NCBI RefSeq assembly: GCF_009914755.1
Contig: NC_060925.1
DNA: 64,000 nt
Direction: 5' to 3' (one strand)
Source of the DNA: the human T2T-CHM13v2.0 reference genome, Homo sapiens
Shown here: one piece after another, positions 59,791 through 64,000 of the stretch
Layout: each line of letters opens with the position of its first letter
Numbering within the stretch: position 1 is the first letter of the stretch
The notes under the pieces: model-generated
The model's input: the letters and a program-made list of their open reading frames with translations, nothing else
What the model was told of the DNA's origin: nothing
Database searches by the model: none
Translations under genes and position numbers: made by a program

Positions 59791-60056
59791 TCCCATGCAC
59801 AAACTTCTTCTACTATTAGTGCTTGGGGATCCACCTGAGGCCTGGTGTTTCTTGCACTCCTTCTTGTCAAGCTCTGAACTCCTTCCTGGTGAGATGCTAA
59901 AATCTTGATTTGGCCTCTCAGCTTCTTAGCCACCACTTTCACTTTCAGCATTCACAAATGGCTGCAGGGAATACATGTCCCAAATATCTGACCCACCCTG
60001 CTTGAAGACCCTCTGTTTCCACGTCTTGACATCATCTGTTTTCACTGCCTTGGAAT

Positions 60057-60240
60057 AGGCTTGCAAGATAAAATATAAGATGGCCAGTTAAATTTAAACA
60101 ATGGATAACCAGCGAATACATTTTTAGTGTAAGTATATACTATGTAGTATTGGAGATTTATACTAAAAAGTTATTGTTTATCTGAAATTTACATTTAATT
60201 GGGTGTCTTGTATTTTTATTTGCTAAATCCAGAAATCTAC
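60057..60240. mobile_element. MER53 palindromic hAT MITE
   Basis: inverted arms ccagttaaattt.../...atttaattgggtgtcttgtatttttatttgctaaatc and tttttagtgtaa/ttatactaaaaa. Confidence 0.8.
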
Positions 60241-60361
60241 CTTAGTCCCTCTTCTCGGTCTTCAAAGGAGTTTAGAAACATATTGTCCACATATTTTAGC
60301 TGTTCTTATTGGGAAGCTAAAACAACATAGTTGGCTATTGCTGGGAGAGAAATTCCTGAGT

Positions 60362-61030
60362 TTTAAAAGATAACTTAATTGAAGTATTACATGCATAAAG
60401 CAAAGCACACAATCATTGTATACAGCCTGATGCTTTTTCAAAAAGGTAACACACTTACATAACAACACCCAGATCAACAGAGAAATGATTACCAGCATCT
60501 TAGAAGCTCTCCTTACTCCCCTTTCGAGTTACCGTTATTCCCATCCACACCAAAGGTAACTGTTATCCTGATTTTTAACAGTATGGATTAATTTTGCTTG
60601 TTTTCAAACTTTATAGAAATGAAACCATATGCTAAGTGCTCTTTTGCATCTGGTTTCTTTGCTCAGCATTATGTTTATGAGACTCATCCATAGTATTGTG
60701 TGAAGTTATAGTTTGTCAATTTTCATAGTGATATAGTATTTAATTGGGTAAGCATTCCACACTTAATTCTCTGATTAAAGGACATTTGGTTAGGTTTCAG
60801 TTTTTTGTTTGTTACAAGTAGTTCTGCCATGACCATTCTTATATATGCCTTCGGTACATATACGTGTGGATTTTGGAGGATTATATTTGGGGAATAGGTC
60901 ACAAGTTGTGCATATGCTCAGTTTTACTAGATACTACCAAGTAATTTTTTAAAAAGTCTGTATGAGAGTTATTGCTCTGTATTCTTGGAAGTCCTTGGCA
61001 TCATTTGTGTCATCATGTTACCCATTCTTA
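60362..61030 (-). mobile_element. L1ME-type 3' end, antisense
   Basis: ttaattgaagtattac...aaaggtaactgttatcctgattt...ggacatttggttaggtttcag. Confidence 0.72.
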
Positions 61031-61287
61031 GTGTTTGTCTCAATGGCAGTGAAAGTCTGCCTCGTGTCTGTGATGGGTCTTGGGCAGCAGAGAGGTGGTG
61101 TAGGCTGTTATCATTGAGAAGGTACTCTTATTAACCAGCTCCCTTCAGTCCTACATAGACTATCTTGGGTTATCTTACTATATACTCCCACAGTCCACAT
61201 TTTGTAGTAATTTCTTGCATAATTGGCTGCTTTAGCCATGAGTTTATTACCTCCATGAGGATAGAGACTAAAATTGTTTTGTTTTTC

Positions 61288-61943
61288 TGCTATAGTTTAA
61301 ATGTCCCCTCCAACACTCATGTTGCAATTTGGTTGCCATTGTAACAGTGTTGAAAATTTGGGCCTTTCAGAGGTGATTGGGCCATGAGGGCTCCACCATC
61401 ATGAGTGGATTAGTGCTGTTGTCATGGGAGTGGGCTAGTTGTTGCAGGAGTGGGTTCCTGATAAAGGAATAAATTCAGTCCCCATTTTCTCTCTGTCTCA
61501 TATATTCACTTGGCCTTCTGCCTTCTGCCTTCTGCCACAGAATAACCCTTACCAGATACTAGCACCATGCTCTTGGACTTCCCAGCCTCCAGAACTGTAA
61601 GCCAAATAAACTATTGTGTTTAAATTATCCAGTCTTTTTTTTCCTAACTTTTATTTTAGGTTTAGGAGTACATGTGCAGGATTGTTATATAGCCAAATTG
61701 CATGTTGTGGGGGTTTGGTGTACAGATTATTTAGTCACCCAGGTGATAAGTATAGTAGCTGAGAGGTACTTTTTTTGATTCTCTCTCTTCTCCCAGTCTC
61801 CATCCTCAAGTAGGCTCTGGTGTCTGTTGTTGCCCTCTTTGCATCCGTGTGTTCTCATTGTTTAGCTCCCACTTACAAGTGAGACATAAAAAAAATTAAC
61901 TAGTGTTTGGTACTCTGTCATGGCAGCAGAAAATAGACTAAGA
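61288..61943 (+). mobile_element. MaLR MST-type LTR interrupted by an antisense L1PA 3' fragment (61635-61885)
   Basis: tgctatagtttaaatgtcccc...ttggacttcccagcctccagaactgtaag...gcagcagaaaatagactaaga. Confidence 0.82.
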
Positions 61944-63309
61944 AATCACTTAATAGTTTCTGGCATAAATTTGGCACTCAATAAATAACTGGTCAATGAA
62001 TAAATGGATGAGCTTTTGTTGTGCCTCCCCCCCAAAAAAATTTTAGAAATATATTTACTATTTAAAGAGCTTCCCCCTTACGTTGATGATATTTAACATG
62101 ACAAAGGTGATGATACTGACAAAAACCCCATGTCTAGGTGACATCTTATGATGTGGTTGTGGGGTTAGAGTGTTTAATTGGCATTCTTAACCATAGAAAT
62201 GTCCACATTCCTTTATATCTTTCTATTTTTTTTGCCCCAACAGCAAAACACTAACAATTAGTATGAGCGTCTTCCATATATGGGTCCACTGTATGTTACT
62301 GGAGAGAAGCTTTTGAAGGGATTCATGGCAACCAGTTGACCAATCAGCATATCTTCTCCTTGGCTCTGTACTCAGGTCTGTGCTAGAGCTGGGTGACAGA
62401 GACAGTTTAATAGGTCTTGATTTCTGCCCTCAATGAGCTTTGACTAATTGGAGGCAGTAAATTTTTATTTAATTAAAATTAAAAGGGAGGAAGGTTTTCA
62501 AGGCCCAAAGATAGCATGAGTTTGTGCCTGAAGGCAGTAGGATGAAAGGTGTGCTCTGGTACCAATAAGCAGGGGTGTCAATAGTACTATCTGGGTGGCA
62601 GGATATGTGGGGATGATTATTAATCTATTCTTTCTATATCCCCATAGTTTCCAAACTATTTTTACAATTTTAAAGTTGATTGAAAAAGAATCCTAAATGG
62701 TTACTGTTGCAGTATGGAAGGTTTTTTTTTTTTCTTTTTGGTTGGGGTAAGCTATAGGCAGAATGGCCACCCAACCAGTTATTTTTCTAGTACAGGAGAT
62801 AGGCAAAGGCCAGTCTGTGGCATGTGCAGTGGCATAGGGAGGAGCAGATAGCTGTATAACATGCAGAGCCACTCTGTTATCGAATCTCAGCCCAATCTGG
62901 GTCTGGAATTTTCTCTACATAGACTCTTCTCAGTTTGACACTAGGGAAAGTTGTCTTTATTTCCCTGTTGGTACTTGAGCTATTTCCCCAACATTTTCCT
63001 GAGTCATAGGCCCTATCATGGCCAGAGGATTAAGCTTGGAAAGAAAACAGATATTCTGGTTAGATCTTGAGGGCTGTGGGTGTTCTAAAAATGTATTCTC
63101 AGCTCTCACCTGTTCTTGGCCCCTGGCAAGCAAGAAAAGCAACAAGGGTGATGGCCTTCAGCTGTGGCCTCCTGTGGTGGGTATGATTGTTGAGTAAGTC
63201 CAAATGGAAATGAGACATTGGTTCAGCTTCCTAGTCTAGACTTTCTGGCAACCCAGACTCACTTTTCACAGCAAAACACCAGCAGCAACAACGACAAATA
63301 CAGGCTTCA

Positions 63310-63500
63310 TTTTAGGACAGTCTCTGCTGTTAGCATGTTACATATATTAACCTGTTTAACTCACAACAGCTCTTCAAGGAAGACATTATTATTATCATTT
63401 TAGTAATCTCAGGCTCAGAGAGGTTCACACAGCTACTAAGTGGCAGGACTGGAATTCAAACCCCAGAAGTTTGGTTCAGAGTCTATGCTCTTAACCACCA
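63310..63500. mobile_element. MIR
   Basis: attattatcatttta...aggctcagagagg...ggaattcaaacccc...ctatgctcttaaccac. Confidence 0.7.
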
Positions 63501-63701
63501 GGTAATCGGCCAGACTAGACAGAGACACATAGGCATCTGGACAAACTCATTTTACGGGTAATTTCAATCTGGTATTGTGCAAATATATATTCAACACAGA
63601 TTGAGAAGAGAGATTGAGCTCTGTAATAGGAGAAGGTTTAAACAAAAGGATGTTTCACCAGCTTGCAAAATAAAATTCTACAGTTAACTGGATTTACTCT
63701 A

Positions 63702-64000
63702 CAGGCATATTTCGAAGATACTGTGAGTTCAGTTCCAGACCACTGCAATAAAGCAAATATTGCAATAAACCAAGTCAAACGAATTTTTTGTCTTCTCGGT
63801 GCATGTGAAAGTTATGTTCACACTATACTACAGTCTATTAAGTGTGCAATAGCATTAAATTTAAGAAATAATGAGGATATCTTAATTAAAAATACACCAT
63901 AATGTGAGCCTTCATTGAGTTATAATATTTTTGCGGATGCAGGGTCTTGTCTTGATGGTCACTGATTGATCAGGGTGGTGGCTGCCGAAGGTGGGGTAGT
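63702..64000 (-). mobile_element. Tigger1 terminus, runs off the window
   Basis: TA followed by caggcatatttcgaagatactgtgagttcagttccagaccactgcaataaagc. Confidence 0.82.

Overview
Human genomic DNA from the epidermal differentiation complex (1q21.3), LCE3 cluster, on the non-deleted haplotype. Four intact two-exon late cornified envelope genes are present: LCE3D (-), LCE3C (+), LCE3B (+) and LCE3A (-). Each has a short non-coding exon 1, a ~0.4-0.6 kb intron, a single coding exon, a GATAAAA(A)G TATA-equivalent and an AATAAA. Roughly half the window is transposon-derived: a nested 15.5 kb L1 pile between LCE3D and LCE3C, more L1s, Alus, a solo LTR3, MaLR LTRs, MER20, MER53 and Tigger1. Reading the unique DNA directly shows three clear and one faint decayed LCE copies that the ORF track does not recover as LCE proteins (~26.7, 30.7, 44.6 and 48.4-48.7 kb), with LCE1/2/5-like rather than LCE3-like motifs, plus a repeated upstream non-coding module that marks the old duplication units. 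Other observations: a GC 5' splice site in LCE3B, a CpG-rich intron unique to LCE3A, a perfect DR2 nuclear-receptor element near LCE3A, an AP-1 cluster upstream of LCE3B, and a twin-primed inverted L1 split by two later L1s. Gene and repeat-family names are from recall of known sequences; no database search was run.
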